Positions 32,838-50,077 of a stretch of DNA of 64,000 nt are shown piece after piece. Under the pieces are notes generated by a model. It searched no databases. It saw nothing but the letters and a program-made list of their open reading frames with translations, and was not told the DNA's origin. A program made the translations under genes and the position numbers. Source of the DNA: the human T2T-CHM13v2.0 reference genome, Homo sapiens; assembly GCF_009914755.1 (NCBI RefSeq), contig NC_060928.1; one strand, 5' to 3'. Each line of letters starts with the position of its first letter. The first letter of the stretch is position 1.

Positions 32838-32872
<35 letters not shown>
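32739..32872 (+). repeat. Tandem duplication of a unique-plus-(CA)n unit
   Basis: gatggaaagtatcttcctaaacacatacac is identical at 32739 and 32809, each followed by (CA)n. Confidence 0.97.
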
Positions 32873-32875
<3 letters not shown>

Positions 32876-33189
32876 GTTTTAGGCAGATTTTTTTTTTTTT
32901 TTTTTGGAAAGTTTCCAATTTTTTTTTTTTTTTTTATTATACTCTAAGTTTTAGGGTACATGTGCACATTGTGCAGGTTAGTTACATATGTATACATGTG
33001 CCATGCTGGTGCGCTGCACCCACTAATGTGTCATCTAGCATTAGGTATATCTCCCAATGCTATCCCTCCCCCCTCCCCCGACCCCACCACAGTCCCCAGA
33101 GTGTGATATTCCCCTTCCTGTGTCCATGTGATCTCATTGTTCAATTCCCACCTATGAGTGAGAATATGCGGTGTTTGGTTTTTTTGTTC

Positions 33190-35502
<2,313 letters not shown>

Positions 35503-36031
35503 TAAGCATCCCTACCAAACACACTGTCATCGTCCTTCTAGTTCTGTGTAATAGATAATAAAAAACCATCTGTCCATTGCAGTAATTTGCCAAGAGCACA
35601 GCCTAACATATTATTTCATTTTACTAACTTAAAAATGAAATAATAAACAGTATTCATGAACAAAGTTTATTATTTTCTGCAATGTTTGAAATGAAGTGTT
35701 CTATGACTAACTTGACAAAATAAGTCATGGAAATAATAAATTTTGTGGTTTATAATGAAAAAACAAAATGTCTGTTTTTGACTCCTTCAAAAAAGAACAA
35801 CAAGAAAAAAAAAACAAAACTAAGATTAGTTTTGATTACTCTTTCATATCTACTTTTCTTTAAAAAAATCAATAAACTTTTTTTTTTCAGATCAGTTTCA
35901 GGGTTAAAGAAAAATTGGGCAGAAAGTAGAAAGAGTTCCATATACTTTCTGTCCTACTGCCCTTAGTTTTCCCTATCATTGATACCTTGCATTGGTGTGA
36001 CACATTTGTTACAATTGAAACAATAGTGGAC

Positions 36032-36327
36032 GGGCGGGCCCGGTAGCTCACGCCTGTAATCTCAGCACTTTGGGAAGCCGAGGTGGGCGGATCACCTGAG
36101 GTTAGGAGTTCGAGACCAGACTGATCAACATGGTGAAACCCTGTCTCTACTAAAAATACAAAAATTAGCCAGGTGTGGTGGTGCAGACCTGTAGTCCCAA
36201 CTACTTGGGAGGCTGAGGCAGGAGAATTGCTTGAACTGGGAGGCGGAAGTTGCAGTGAGCCAAGATCATGTCACTGCACTCCAGCCTGGGCAACAGAGCA
36301 AGACTCTGGCAAAAAAAAAAAAAAAAA
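36032..36327 (+). mobile_element. AluS
   Basis: Full dimer with poly(A). Confidence 0.95.
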
Positions 36328-36891
36328 GTACTGACACTATAGATGTTATAACTAATATCTATAGCTTCCATTACGGTTCACTCTTTGTGTTGTAACACAT
36401 CTATGGGTTTTGCCAAATACATAATATCACATAGCCGCCAAAACAGTATCATTAAAAATTCAAATTTTTATTACAGTGTTATACACAGTACATAGAGTGT
36501 TATTGCTCTTAAAACTCCCTGACTTAATCTATTCATCCCTCTCTCTCAACCTCTCAACCCCTGGCAACTATGGATATTTTTATTGTCTATAACTTCACCT
36601 TTCCCAGAATATCATACATTATGTAGCCCTGGAATGGTACACTAAGTACTTCTCAGATTGGCTTCTTTCACTTATTAATATGAATTTAAGGTTACTTTGT
36701 GTATTTTTGTGGCTTGATGGCTCATTTCTTTTTGTCACTAAATTTTGATAGAGGTATACACCTACGAAGCCATTAACACAATCATGAAAATTGGCATAGT
36801 CATCAGTCCCAAAAGTTTTTTTTGTCACATTTTAAAATTAATATACTATTTTTGAGAAGTTTTAGTGTTGTGTATTTGTTACAATTATTGA

Positions 36892-37306
<415 letters not shown>

Positions 37307-37869
37307 TGATAAAAAGATTAGTTTTTCGTTATTGATCACTTTTGCTTCTTTGTCAAAGATTGGTTGACTATATTTATTTGAGTTTATTTTGTGGCTATTT
37401 GTTCTATTCCATTGATCTATTTGTTTACTTATTTATTTATTTTTTTTGCCAATGCAACACAGTCTTAATTACAATAGTTTTATAACAAAACTGAAGTACA
37501 GTAGCTTTAGTCCTCAAACTTTGCTCTTCTTCACTATCATCTTGGCTATTTTTAGACTTTTGCTTCCATATAAATTGTAGGATCAGTTTATCAATGTCTA
37601 CAAACTAATGTGCTGGAATTATGAGTAGGGATTCCTGGAATTCGTGGGTCAGGATGGAAATAACTAACTTATTAACAATATTGAATCTTACTATCTATGT
37701 GCATGCAATATCTTTTTATTAATTTAGGTATTCTGTGATTCTTTCATCAGAGTCTTGTAGTTTTCCTCATTGAAAACTGGTACACATTTTGTTAGACTTA
37801 TACCTATTATATTATTTGTTGGTGCTAATGTAAATGGTGTTATGTTTAAATTTCAAATTTTCATTATTC

Positions 37870-40075
37870 TGATCATGTCAATAGATGCAGAAAAAGTATT
37901 TCACAAAATCTGACAATGGTTTATGGTGAAAACACTCAGGAAACTAGAAATGGAGGGGAAGTTTGAAAACTTGACAAATAGTATCTCCAAAAATAATTCT
38001 ACAGCTAACATCATACTTAAAGCTGAGTACAATGGACCAAATACTCATGACCTCCAAAAATTTGTACATTGAAATCCTAATTCCTGAGGTAACGATATTG
38101 GGAGGCAGGGCCTTTGGAAAGTTATTAGGTCATGAGGGCTGAGTCTTCATAAATAGGATTAGTTCCCTTATAAAAGAAGCCCAAGGGAGTCCTCTCATCC
38201 CTTCTACCATGTGAGAACACAGTGACAAGGTACCATCTATGAATCAGAAAGTGGCCCATCACCAAACACAAAATCTGCTGATGTTTTCATCTTAGGCTTA
38301 CCACTTCCAGAAGTGTGGGAAATAAATTTCTGTTGTTCATTAGCTACGTGCTTTGGCATTTTGCTATAGAATTTTATGGGATTTTGTTCTAGAAGCCTGA
38401 ATGGACCAAGATAGTAAGAAACTAAATGCTTTCTCATTAAGATCAGGTACGAAAAAAAAACGTCCCCCCCGGCCACTTTTTTAAAAGATCATTGAAATTT
38501 CTAACTAATACAATAAGACAAGAAAAGAAAAACATAAGGTATACAGAGTAGAAAGGATGAATAAAACATCTTTGTCCACAGTTAACATATTTGTCTATGT
38601 AGAAAATCCTAAAGAATCAACAAAAAATTCTCCTAGAAATAATAATTATAATAAGATTGCAGGATAAAAGGTTAACATTAAAAAGTCAACCACTTTTATA
38701 TATACTGGCAATATGTAAGTGGAATTTGAATTACACACCCAATACTATTTAAAATTAGCAGCCCCCAAAATAAAATACTTAGGTATAAATCTAACAAAAT
38801 ATGTATAACACATATATGAAGATAACCATTAACTCTGATGAGTGTAATCAAAGACAAACTAAATATTTAAAAATATATTATATGTTCTTGGACAAAAAGA
38901 CTCAAATTGTCAAGACATCAGTTCTTCCCATCTTGATCTACAGATTCAATGTAATCTCAATCAAAACTCCAAAGAGTTATTTTGTGGATGTCAATAAATT
39001 AATTCTGAAGTTTATTGAAAGGCAAAATACCCAGAATAGCCAACACAACATTGAAGGAGAAGAACAAAGTTGGAGGATTGACATTACTCAACATTAAACT
39101 TATTATAAATCTGCAGTCATGAAGATAGTGTGATATTGACAAATTAATAGATAAATAGATCTCAAAACAGAATAGAAAGCACAGAAATAGACCAACTGTT
39201 CTTTAACAAAAGAGCAAAGGCAGTACAGTAAAACAAATATAGTATTTTCAACAAGTAATGCTGGAGCAACTGGATATCCATATGCTAAACAAAATTAATC
39301 TAGACATAGACATTACACTCATTATAAAACTAACTCAAAATGGATTACAAACTAAATGTAAAATGCAAAACTATAAAACTCCTAGAAGCTAACATAAGAG
39401 AAAACTTAGATGACCCTTGGCATGGTGATAAATTTCTAGCTACAATACCAGAAGCACAATCTATGAAAAAAAATTGATAAACTGCACTTTATTATAAACA
39501 TCTGAAATTTATGCTCTGTGAATGACCATGTCATGAGAATAAGAAGACAAGCTACAGACTGGAAGAAAGCGTTTGCAAAACACACATCTGATAAGATATT
39601 CATATACGATGAACTCTTAACTCAAAATAAGAAAACAAGCTACCTGATTAAAACTGGGCCAAAGATCTTAAGAGACACCTGACCCAAAAAGACATACAGA
39701 TGATTAGTAAGCTCATAAAAACATGCTTTATACCCTATGTCATCAGAAAATGAAAATTTAAACAACTTTGAGATAACACTCCACATCCATTAGAATGGTA
39801 GGTACCAAAACCTAGAACACTAACACCACCAAATGCTGGTATCCACACCTATAGAATGTATAAAACCAAGAGTAAACTCTAAATTCAACTATGGACATGG
39901 GGTGATTATGATGTGTTAATGTAGGTATATCAATTGTAGAAGATGTACCATCCTAGTGGGGATAATAGAGTAAGCTATGCATGTGTGGGGACAGGGTTAT
40001 ATGGGAAATCTCTGTATTTCCTTCTGATTTTTTTTCTGCGAGTCTAACACCACTTGGAAAAAAATGTCTTAAGAA
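37870..40075 (+). mobile_element. 5'-truncated L1MC1-like element nested antisense in the older L1
   Basis: tcaatagatgcagaaaaag (RT), ORF 38801-39097 (LPILIYRFNVISIK), L1MC-type 3' end; decayed TSD aaattttcattattc / aaattttaattgctc. Confidence 0.82.
38028..38413 (+). mobile_element. MLT1A0-like solo LTR
   Basis: ggcctttgg..ttaggtcatgaggg, ccttataaaagaagccc, ccttctaccatgtgag; L1 ORF2 resumes after it. Confidence 0.88.
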
Positions 40076-41557
40076 AATTTTAATTGCTCATTACTAAAAT
40101 TTAAGAAAGCAATTGACTTTGTATACTAACCTTGCATCCTACAACCTTGCTATAATTTCTTATTAGTTCAAGCAGTTTTGTTGTTGTGCATTCTTCAGGA
40201 TTTTTTATATAGACTGTCATGTCATCTGCAAGCAAAGCCAGCTTTATTTTTCTTTCCTAAACTGTATATAATACTTAACTTTTATTTACTCTTTTCTTAT
40301 TGCATTAGGCAGAACTTCAGTACAATGTTGAATAGATGTATGCTGTTAGCTCTACTTTTTTGGTAGATGAAATTATTTATCGATTTGAGGGATACTTCCT
40401 CTAGTCCTAATTTACTGACAGCATTTATCATGGATGAGTGAAATAATTTTTCTGCATCTATTGGTACAATCATATGATTTTTCCTCTTAGCCTGTTGATA
40501 TGATGGATTACACATTAATTGATTTTCAAATGTTGAACAAGTTTTGCATCTCTGGAATAAATCTCATTTGGTCTTAGTGTATAATCTTTAATGCACTGAT
40601 AACTTTGATTTGCTAATAAATTTTTGAAGATTTTTGCACTTATGTTCATGAGAAATATGGTCTGTAGCTTTCTATTCTTGTAATGTCTTTGTCTGGGTTT
40701 GGAATTATAGTAATACTGGCCTTACAGAAATAATTATGAAGTGTTGTCTCTGCTTCTATTCTATGGAGAAGATTGTAGAAAATTATTATCATTTCTTTCA
40801 TTAATGATTGATAGAACTCCCAAGTGAACAATTCTGGGACTGATACTTTCTGTTTGAAAAGGTTATTAATTAATGATTCAGTTTCTTTAAAATATATATA
40901 GGTTCATTTATTCAGAGGATCTCTATGTCATTGTGTGAGTTTTGGTAGATTTTGTCTTTCAAAAATTTATTTCATCTAAGCTATCAAATTGTAAGGCAGA
41001 GAGTTGCTCATAATATTTCTTTATTATCCTTTTAATGTCCGTGAGGATCAGTTTCGTTAGCCCTTTCTTCAATTCTGATATTAATAATTTGGGTCTTTAC
41101 TCTTTTTCTTCCTTAGCAGGGCTCAAGGCTTATCAATTTCATTGATCAACAGTCATACTTTTAGTATTATGTTTTACTTATGATTTTTTATGATATCCAT
41201 AGCTACAATTGAGATGGTGATGCATACCCTATAGAATACACAGAAAATGTTGTAGATTTATAAGAAAATCCCAGGTAGTGGGATTTCAACTAAACTGGAA
41301 AAAAAATTTATAATCTTTAGACAGAAAATGACATGAATCTACTGGTTATATTTTTCAAAGTGTATTTTCTTACATTGAATATAATTAATTGTATAAAGAA
41401 TCTGTACTGATTGCAATGTAATCTGTGGAAATTTTGTTATTTAAGTACAGATAAATTTTAAAATTTAAATTTTATATTAACATATGGAGTACTGAAAGTG
41501 TAAGCTATCTTTCAAAATTTACCCCATTCTCTCAGATAGATATGGTCAAAAATTTCC

Positions 41558-41993
41558 ATTATGAGAGGAGATCTCCCAGAAACATGCCCTAAAATAAAAT
41601 TTAAATAAAAGTAATTTACTTTGAAAGTGATATTTGAAAGATCTAAAAGTAGAGTCTAGAAGTGAGACAGGGCAGGGAAGAGCGCTAAGACAGGTTGCAT
41701 GGAAAAGCAAGTTATCATTATGTCAAGTAAGGCTTACTCATGCCAAGGACATCTGGGACTGATTAGACAAACCCTGTGAGTTTCCCCACCTTAAGCATGA
41801 AGAGGCTGGGGTTCACAATTGAGGACTTCTTCTGAGGATATTAATACTCTGATACTCCAGACCTATCTCATGCATGGGCTGAGCAAAGCCCACCGGCTAA
41901 CAGTCACTGGTGTTTGCAATAAGAAGCCCATAATATGGTTGAAAAAAATAGGTACAAAGTAGTGTAGATAAGGCACTGATAGTGTCTGCTACA
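41558..41993 (-). mobile_element. LTR33-like 3' LTR of ERVL provirus
   Basis: gaagtgagacagggcagggaag...ggcactgatagtgtctgctaca end. Confidence 0.7.
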
Positions 41994-42391
41994 ATCTACC
42001 CCTTGAACCACTAAGATCTACTGGTGATACTTCATGTTGACATTAAGGACACTGATTCTTCCAGGTGATGGCTGGTTATAATTTCTAAAATAACCTTATA
42101 AAAGGAAAAAAAAATGAAGAGTAGTTAGATAAGCTACAGTTCTCGCTGCCATAGCTCACCTCTAAACCAAAATTGGTATTTATCATCACCTTCCTCAACA
42201 ATCATTCTAGATATGCTTTACATTTGGCCAGGATTTCTGATCATCTAGTTTGCTTGTCTGGTGTCTCAAGCTACATGTATACAATTAAGATCTTTAAACA
42301 ACTGATTACTCGGGCGGGCTCTGTCCGTGATTATTGGTTCAGTGTTCCTCTGCAACAGATGCTGCTCGGTGGAAAGTGATGTAAGAAATAA

Positions 42392-42860
<469 letters not shown>

Positions 42861-43072
42861 TCAGAGTCCATCTACCGGCCTTTCCTCCAGATTTTTTTTG
42901 TTTCCAGTTTTCCAGTCTCACATTTTCCAGACCCCTTATCATCAGTCCAAATTATGTGCTATTATGAGAAAAAACTCTTCCTATATCTAAATTTATGGAG
43001 TTCAGTTCCTGGTAATATATCTCTTCATCAATGCCTTTTAGGACTACCCTAAGAGGAGCTGTAGCAAGGTAC

Positions 43073-43497
43073 TATATTGATCAGAGTTCTCCAGAGCAAC
43101 AGAACAGAGAGAGAGGGAGAAAGGAGAAAGAGAGAAAGAGAGAGAGAGATTATTATTTCAGAAACTAGTAACACGATTGTGGAGGCTTGGTAAATCCAAA
43201 ATTTTCAAGGTAGGCTGGCAGACTGGAGATCGTGGGAAGAGTTGCAGTTCAAGTCTGAAAATAATCTGCTGGCAGCATTTCCTCTTTCTCAGGGGAGGTC
43301 AGTCTGTTCTATTAAGACTTTCAACTGATCAGATGGGGATCACCCTCATTATAGAGGATGATCAACTTTACTCAAAGTCCACCAATTTAAGTGTTAATCT
43401 CATTCAGAAAACACCTTCATAGAAGCATCAGAATAATGTTTGATGAGATATCTGGGCACTACTGTATTGTCAAGTTGACAAAATATTAATCATCACA
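43073..43497 (-). mobile_element. MLT2C/D-like solo LTR inserted in the ERVL internal region
   Basis: cagagttctccagag, (GA)n, caagttgaca..aatcatcaca; 5-bp TSD ggtac/ggcac. Confidence 0.88.
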
Positions 43498-45551
43498 GGC
43501 ACCAATATACCTAGCACATCCTTCACTATCAGTTCTTCATAGAAAATCACTCAGATTCTACTGATACAAACAGGAAGAGAGGAACTGAAGCAAGGAAGGT
43601 AAATGACAATTAACTCAACAATACTAACTGTTCCTATTGACACTAGGGGTGCCATTTCCACACCACCATTTCCTGCTACTTCTTTTACTTGCTCTTTCTG
43701 GGCCTGCTCAGAACCAACCCTGAATATGCCATCTCCATCACGTAAAGTATTTGAACTATCCTCATCCAACATTTGGGTTTGATGGATCTGACAACACTCA
43801 ACTCATGTCAAGCAGCTTCAACAGAATCATAGTCACCTGACATCCTACAGTCAGGCATTCAATCTCCATGAGGTATCAGCAGCATTCTGGAAGCTGCTTT
43901 TTAAATTATAAAAAGTTTTCTTTTGAAGATAGCATAACCTAGGGTTTTATGCTATGAGTTCTTTATTGAGGATTGTCAGAGACTCCATGCATCATCCTTA
44001 TGACACAGATAACACTATATGGCTTTGACCAGGTCACATGACCCACAAGTTAGAGCTAACTGAACTTCAGGCTAAACCTAGAGCATTATCCTCTCTTTCT
44101 ATAGGTTCCACTTAAAACTGCCAGCCTTCCAAAATCCAGGCAGTACTTTAAATGTGACATTTGCTGTTTCCACATTCTAAAGCAGCCTATCAAGTTCTAT
44201 GCTCCTTTGTTTTGATAAGAAGTACAGTGTGTATTAACTTTTAATTCAAATTGGAGGACAGACATGCCCAAGCATATGCAAGAAAAATTGATCCCTTAAA
44301 ACTTTTGATGTGGCAGATCTATGAAAATTTGTACAGATGATCTCTCACTGTCTTGTTTACATGCATCTTACCAGGAGAGGACATCCAAAGTATTTACTTC
44401 TTACTCTCAAGCCAAATTAACCAAATTCCATCATTATAATAGACCAGTGCATTTTTCATTATTATGTCAAGATGGTTAAATCCCCTTTCTTTTATGTTGA
44501 TAGAGAACAAAAGGGTTTACTTTGTCCTGGGGAAAGGCCCTGGGTGACTGCAAACTACTTTGTCTTCAATTTTGATGAAAATCAAAAGAAACATATTGAC
44601 TAGATCAAAGAATACAGTGTCAGAATATGTATAAAAGATTCTACATTATATGCTTGAAACCGTAAAACAATGATGGCCTACAATAAAAGAAGAAAGAACT
44701 GTTGGCAACACCTATCCACCAGAAATAAGGCAGGCAGAATTCTGGGATTATCAGCAAAGTTGAAAAAGCAAATAGAAATCCCCAACTTGCAAGATCCTGT
44801 AGTGGAGATAAGTAGAAAAATGAGAAGCAGCTGCAGTAGGGACTATACAATCATCTCTCATGATCTCCTCTCATTTATATGATGAAAGCCATTGAATTAA
44901 GTGTGGTTCTCTGCATTCCTTAAGCCTTTAGGTGTGGCATTAATCTATGCCATTCTACTTGGGATGCGGCACTGTTTCTGATTTACAATGTTGGCTGTAA
45001 AATAAGTTTCAAAGGCTTCCACTTGACTTCTCCTAACATAATCTTTCATTGCTGCACATGAAAGAGAACCAATGCAATAATCGACCATCTGTTAAGTAAA
45101 TCCATGCCAATTATTCACATAGAAACTGGAGAAATAACTGCAAGATGGGTTTCCAGAATCTTTGGACATTTGAGATAGACCTGGGCCTGGTGTGCATTTA
45201 CCACCTTGTATCCATATACTCCTATTCTAATGGGAGACATTGATTTCATTTTGGTTCACCTGGTATTACATTCAGCTTGGCTGCTCATAAACGTTTCTGT
45301 TTCATCTGCTGTCCTCAATATACATTACTCTTTTGGGGGAATAGCCACCAAATACACTCTGCAGAATTTCAGGGTCTTTGTTCAAAAAGATATGTGGATA
45401 AGTCTTTTATTCAATCAACTGACTCTGGATCTGAGATTTGGCTCAGGTGAGGAGACTGAGTTAGATATTATGATTTTTCCACTGTAGCAATAAATATTAG
45501 ACATTGACTCACCCACTCTTGGTATTTTATGGCTATATAAGTGAAAACAAA

Positions 45552-45583
<32 letters not shown>

Positions 45584-46802
45584 CAACAGTTGGTTGTGCA
45601 TCTCTCTCATCCCTAGGAACACCATAGTCTATCAGCCATCACTATAAATCCTTGCGAGTCAAGAATCTCTAATTGCAATGTCAGTTTACTGATCCTCGCA
45701 GTAATTCTGTTTGCCTTGTTTCTGATGGTTACATTCTGCTAACAGTTCTCTCTTCATTTCTTTTAATAAAGGCCATTCTTATTTCCAAGTTTTAAACAGT
45801 CATGATAATAGCAAATAAAAATTATATAAAATCATATTCCCTGAATCAAAAATATCCTGGTATCAACAAAATTTCACTTACCCAGGCTTATTGTCCACAT
45901 TCTGTAATGTAGTATTTTCAAAGTTTATTCACAAGCGTGTCCTCATGGTTCTTCCTGGAATGTTAGCTAGATCTTATAAATTTTTGGATAATGTCATGTT
46001 TTTTCTTCTGGATTATGGCCACTGAAATCATTCTGAAATTTGAGCTAGTTATTGTTCTAGAGGCAATAAGTGTGGAAATGGAAGGGAACCAGTAGAAAGT
46101 TATTATCCTGCAAAGTAACTTTCTCAAGTAAAATATTGAATGCTCTCTAGATATTGGGAGGATGTTCTCTTCTGGAGGTTATCAGGGGTCAGCTCCTTTC
46201 AACCCAAAGGTTCAAGGGCATCTGGGAAATGAAAGTTCTCATATACATACAGAAAAATGTCTCAATGCATTGCTTCAGGACCTACTTCTATTTCCTTTAC
46301 TTCAGTGTAGGAAACTTGCAGGGACTGTGGACTTGGTTTCAATTATAACTTTGCCATACTCATAATCATTTCTTGGTCCATTTAATTTACAATAGAGTCA
46401 TCTCTCTCACTGCATGAGATAAGTTATTTTAAATACTGCTTTAAAATATTTGTGGCATTCACTTCGTATACTAAATTCTTAGCCAACTGAATTGAGTCTG
46501 ATATTTTCATACTTTGGCACTTCTCTGGCAATTAATAACAGCCAACTAAATCCACAAACATGAAAATCATCATTGCTTTCATATTTTTCAAGCACATGAG
46601 CTACTACTTAGGACAGTATAACCCCTTCCATCTCTAGCCGATACCAATCCATCATTTAATAATCTTGGTGCTACAATATGCCAGGCTAGGCAGTAATATT
46701 CTCCACATAGTCTCAATAAAGTTGCTGACATCTGGCCTGCAAGTGACCCATTGCCTGTTCCCATTCTAAGGGTCTCTTCTTAGGAGCATTTTAAGTACCA
46801 AG

Positions 46803-47075
46803 TGCATTATTCTTGGTTTCCCCAAACACATACTCTAAGGCAAAAGATTCAAATGCAAGTAATCTATTTGAGAGTTAAGTACAAGAATCACCAGAGAGGG
46901 GATGGAGAAATGAAAAAGGGAAATTAAGAGAAATTCAATATATTTTAATGAGCATGTTAGCACTAGGAGAAACGGGCTATATGTTTTGTTAGGGATCTCT
47001 GGCAGATAATACAGGACATGACTCAGAGTTAGCTCAAGGAGCAGAAATTATTATACCCCAGTTTCTATCCATCAG
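46803..47075 (-). mobile_element. LTR33-like 5' LTR (partial) of ERVL provirus
   Basis: Similar in order and motifs to 41558-41810 (ccca.a.aca..c.ctaa, aagtaat.ta.ttg, gaa.tga.a.aggg, agca.gtta.ca.ta). Confidence 0.65.
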
Positions 47076-48292
47076 ATGTTGCCAGGTAAAGAAACGGAGG
47101 AAATGAGCAAAGTTTAAAGTATTTCCAAAGGACTGATTTTCCTTATGGTCAATAACTCTATCTAATTGGAAAATAAATACAAGAAGATACAAATAGAAAC
47201 CTGAGAATTCAAAGGACTGAGAGAGTTAAAAAAGACAAAAAATGGTGGTTAATGGATTTGAGTAGCTGAGATAGAAAGAAAAATGTCTGTGATTTCAGAT
47301 GAGAAGCTGCAATTTAAATATTTTGCATATTAAAATTTGGACAATAAAAAATCCAAAGGTGTTCAGAGTGCTGGTTTTCTCCAGAGGAGCTGAAGGAGAG
47401 ATAAGGAGAAGGGATCAAAAGATTAAGTAGGAAACCAAAATAAATTAGAATAAATTAAAATTGATTTAAATTGTGAAGAATAAGCAAATAAATATATTTA
47501 TAAATTATATACTGAAGTGTATAAAACTTCTCTATGAATAAAATAATTATCATCATGTTTTCAAAAATGAAAAACACAAAGCATACTCTTGTAGTTATAA
47601 AAATTGTTTCCAACCATTCAAAAGCAACCATACTGAGCATCTTAATTTGTAATTTTAGTTTAATGATCACATAAAGTGATTAACTGAACTATATCAATAA
47701 AACTTATTCTTAAGTCTCCAGAATATTTACATTTAACTCTTAATATGTGCAAATGCAGTTCTGTATTTAATATGTAACACTGTTCAGCTCTTAATTCTTG
47801 GCCAGTGTGGCAGGACCCAGTTTAAAAGTAATAAAGGAGATATTTAATACTTAAAAGAATGTGAAAAGAAAAACCTCTAATATAAATAATTGGAAGGTAT
47901 TTCAATTTACAACATGTTTTGGAATAATTTTATTAAATAATAGTCTAAGTTAAGCTTACATTGTTACATTTTATATTTTATTTTCCTGTCAAAACTTAGA
48001 GTACTTAATACAACAGCTGAGTAGATAAATTATTCATCATCACACCTGGTTTTGCATTGAGTAATGAAAAATTTACATCATTATTTAACAATTAAAACTT
48101 TCCCCATTTATCTCCAAATTTAAAGTGCACTTTCAGATATAAATTAAGTTGTACTATGTTTACTGTAGAATTTTGGTCATGTTTTATATCTAGTATATAA
48201 CACTGACACTGATTTGTTACCTTTGCTGAATTTGAGTAAAGTATATCACAAAATTTTCACATTTCAAATATTTTATATTATACCTTTGTCCT

Positions 48293-48664
48293 TGCAATGG
48301 AGTGAATATTTTTGTCTCCCCCTCCCCCAAATTCATATGTTGAAATCCCAACTCTTAATATGATAGTATTAGAAGGTGGAGCTTTTGGGAAAAAAATAAG
48401 TCATGAGAGTGGAGCCCTCATGCATGGGATTAGTGTCCTTTTAAAAGAAACCCTACAGAGCTCTCTCGCCCGTTTTCTGGTATGTGAAGATACAACAAGA
48501 AGGAGGCAGTCTGCAACCTGGAAGGGAGTTGTCACCAAATATCAAGCAGGCTAGCACCCTGATCTTAGATTTCCAGCCACCAGAACTCTGAGAAATAAAT
48601 TGCTGTTATGTATAAGCAACCCAGTTTATGGTACCTTGTTATAGCATCCCCAACTGAGTAGGAC
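48293..48664 (+). mobile_element. MLT1A0-like LTR
   Basis: aaattcatatgttgaaatcc, ggagccctcatg..gggattagtg, ccagaactctgagaaataaat. Confidence 0.88.
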
Positions 48665-48995
48665 CATAATGAATTGCTTGAATGTACCACAATTCATATG
48701 TTAAAACACTAACCCCCAGTGGGATACTAACATGGGGGTTTGGGAGGTAGTTAGGTCATGAGGGTGTGACTCATAATTAGATTAGTACCCTTCCAAGACA
48801 CATGCCATAGACCTTGCTTTCTCTCCCTCTGTCCCTCACCAGCATAGGAGAACATAACCAGAAAACAGGCCCTCACCAAACTCAGAACCTGCTGGCACCT
48901 TGATCTTGGACATCCCAACCTTCAGATTTATGAGAAATAAATTTCTGTTGTTTAATTCATCCAGTTTATGGTATCTTGTTATAGCAGCCTCCACA
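48665..48995 (+). mobile_element. Second MLT1A/MST-like LTR in tandem
   Basis: aattcatatgtt, ttaggtcatgaggg, gctggcaccttgatcttggac, ttgttatagcagcc. Confidence 0.85.
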
Positions 48996-50077
48996 CAAAC
49001 GTTTTCCAAATATCATTTCAAAATACATTAGCCAAAACAATTTTTCAAAGTGTGGTTACTCTTCCACTTAGTTGTTAAATCTAAATATATATTTAACATT
49101 TCAGAAAGTGCCCTTCACTAATTGTTTTCATTAGTGCTAAACTTGTTTTGTGTGGTAATATTAAAAGAGTTGCTGTCAGTAGTAATCAGTTTGAATGATA
49201 TTAAGTGGTTCCTTGTGATACCTAGTTACTGAAGTCTTACTATAACAGATAAATGTTTTACTCACTTAGAAAAAGAAGTGCCACACAGGTAGTTACGGAT
49301 TTAAACAGGTGTAAAGATTACTAGAATTTTTTTTCCTGTTCTTGGTTACTTTCTATTGAGTAGAATATTATTGCAGGTGACAGATATAAATCATTTGCCA
49401 TGTCTTCTCCTTGTTAAATTTCATTGTTCTAGCAGAATAAGTTGATAAGCAAGTGCTGAAACAGATAACCACAGATCTAATTTAGGGAAGGTGGTTAGCC
49501 AATCGTAAAGCTGTAATATAAAAACCACTAGGAGGAGAATGTAATATTGTGATTGTTAAGTTGAAGTAATTACAAGCCATAGAAAAGTCCAAAAAATGCC
49601 CTTTCTGTGAATTATTATTTCGTATCCATAAATTTCCCTAAAACTCTGGAAGCCTGTTTTCATTAGTCTATCACTGCCCCACATCTTGTTGATCCACATT
49701 TTAAACTCTTTTGAGACAATCCACCCTAAATCCACACATGCATAAGACCTTACATACTTTATATTGAATATACCAACATTTATTAAAATTCAGAAGAGAT
49801 ATAAAGATTAAGGAAGACACCTGACTTCTTTTTAAACATGTGCCTAATAAAGACCTTTTGCTTCACCACAGGGCAAACATCATTGGCCCTTCATTTATGC
49901 ACACTTATACTTCTTCTTCTTCCTCTTTACTTTTCTGTTTTCCTATATTTCCTTTATTTTCCTAGAAAGAATTATAAAATTAATTTTCCCCTTTATTTTT
50001 GTTTTGCACATTACTTTAGCCATTTTTCTTTATTGCCCAGATTGTAACATCTGTGCAAATCCTCAGGTCTTTTCTCA

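Noticed and set aside
37860-37880. Strand switch in old L1 as a second twin-priming inversion
   Set aside because: The sense piece has its own 3' end at ~40075 and the antisense element resumes after a decayed TSD, so this is a nested insertion.
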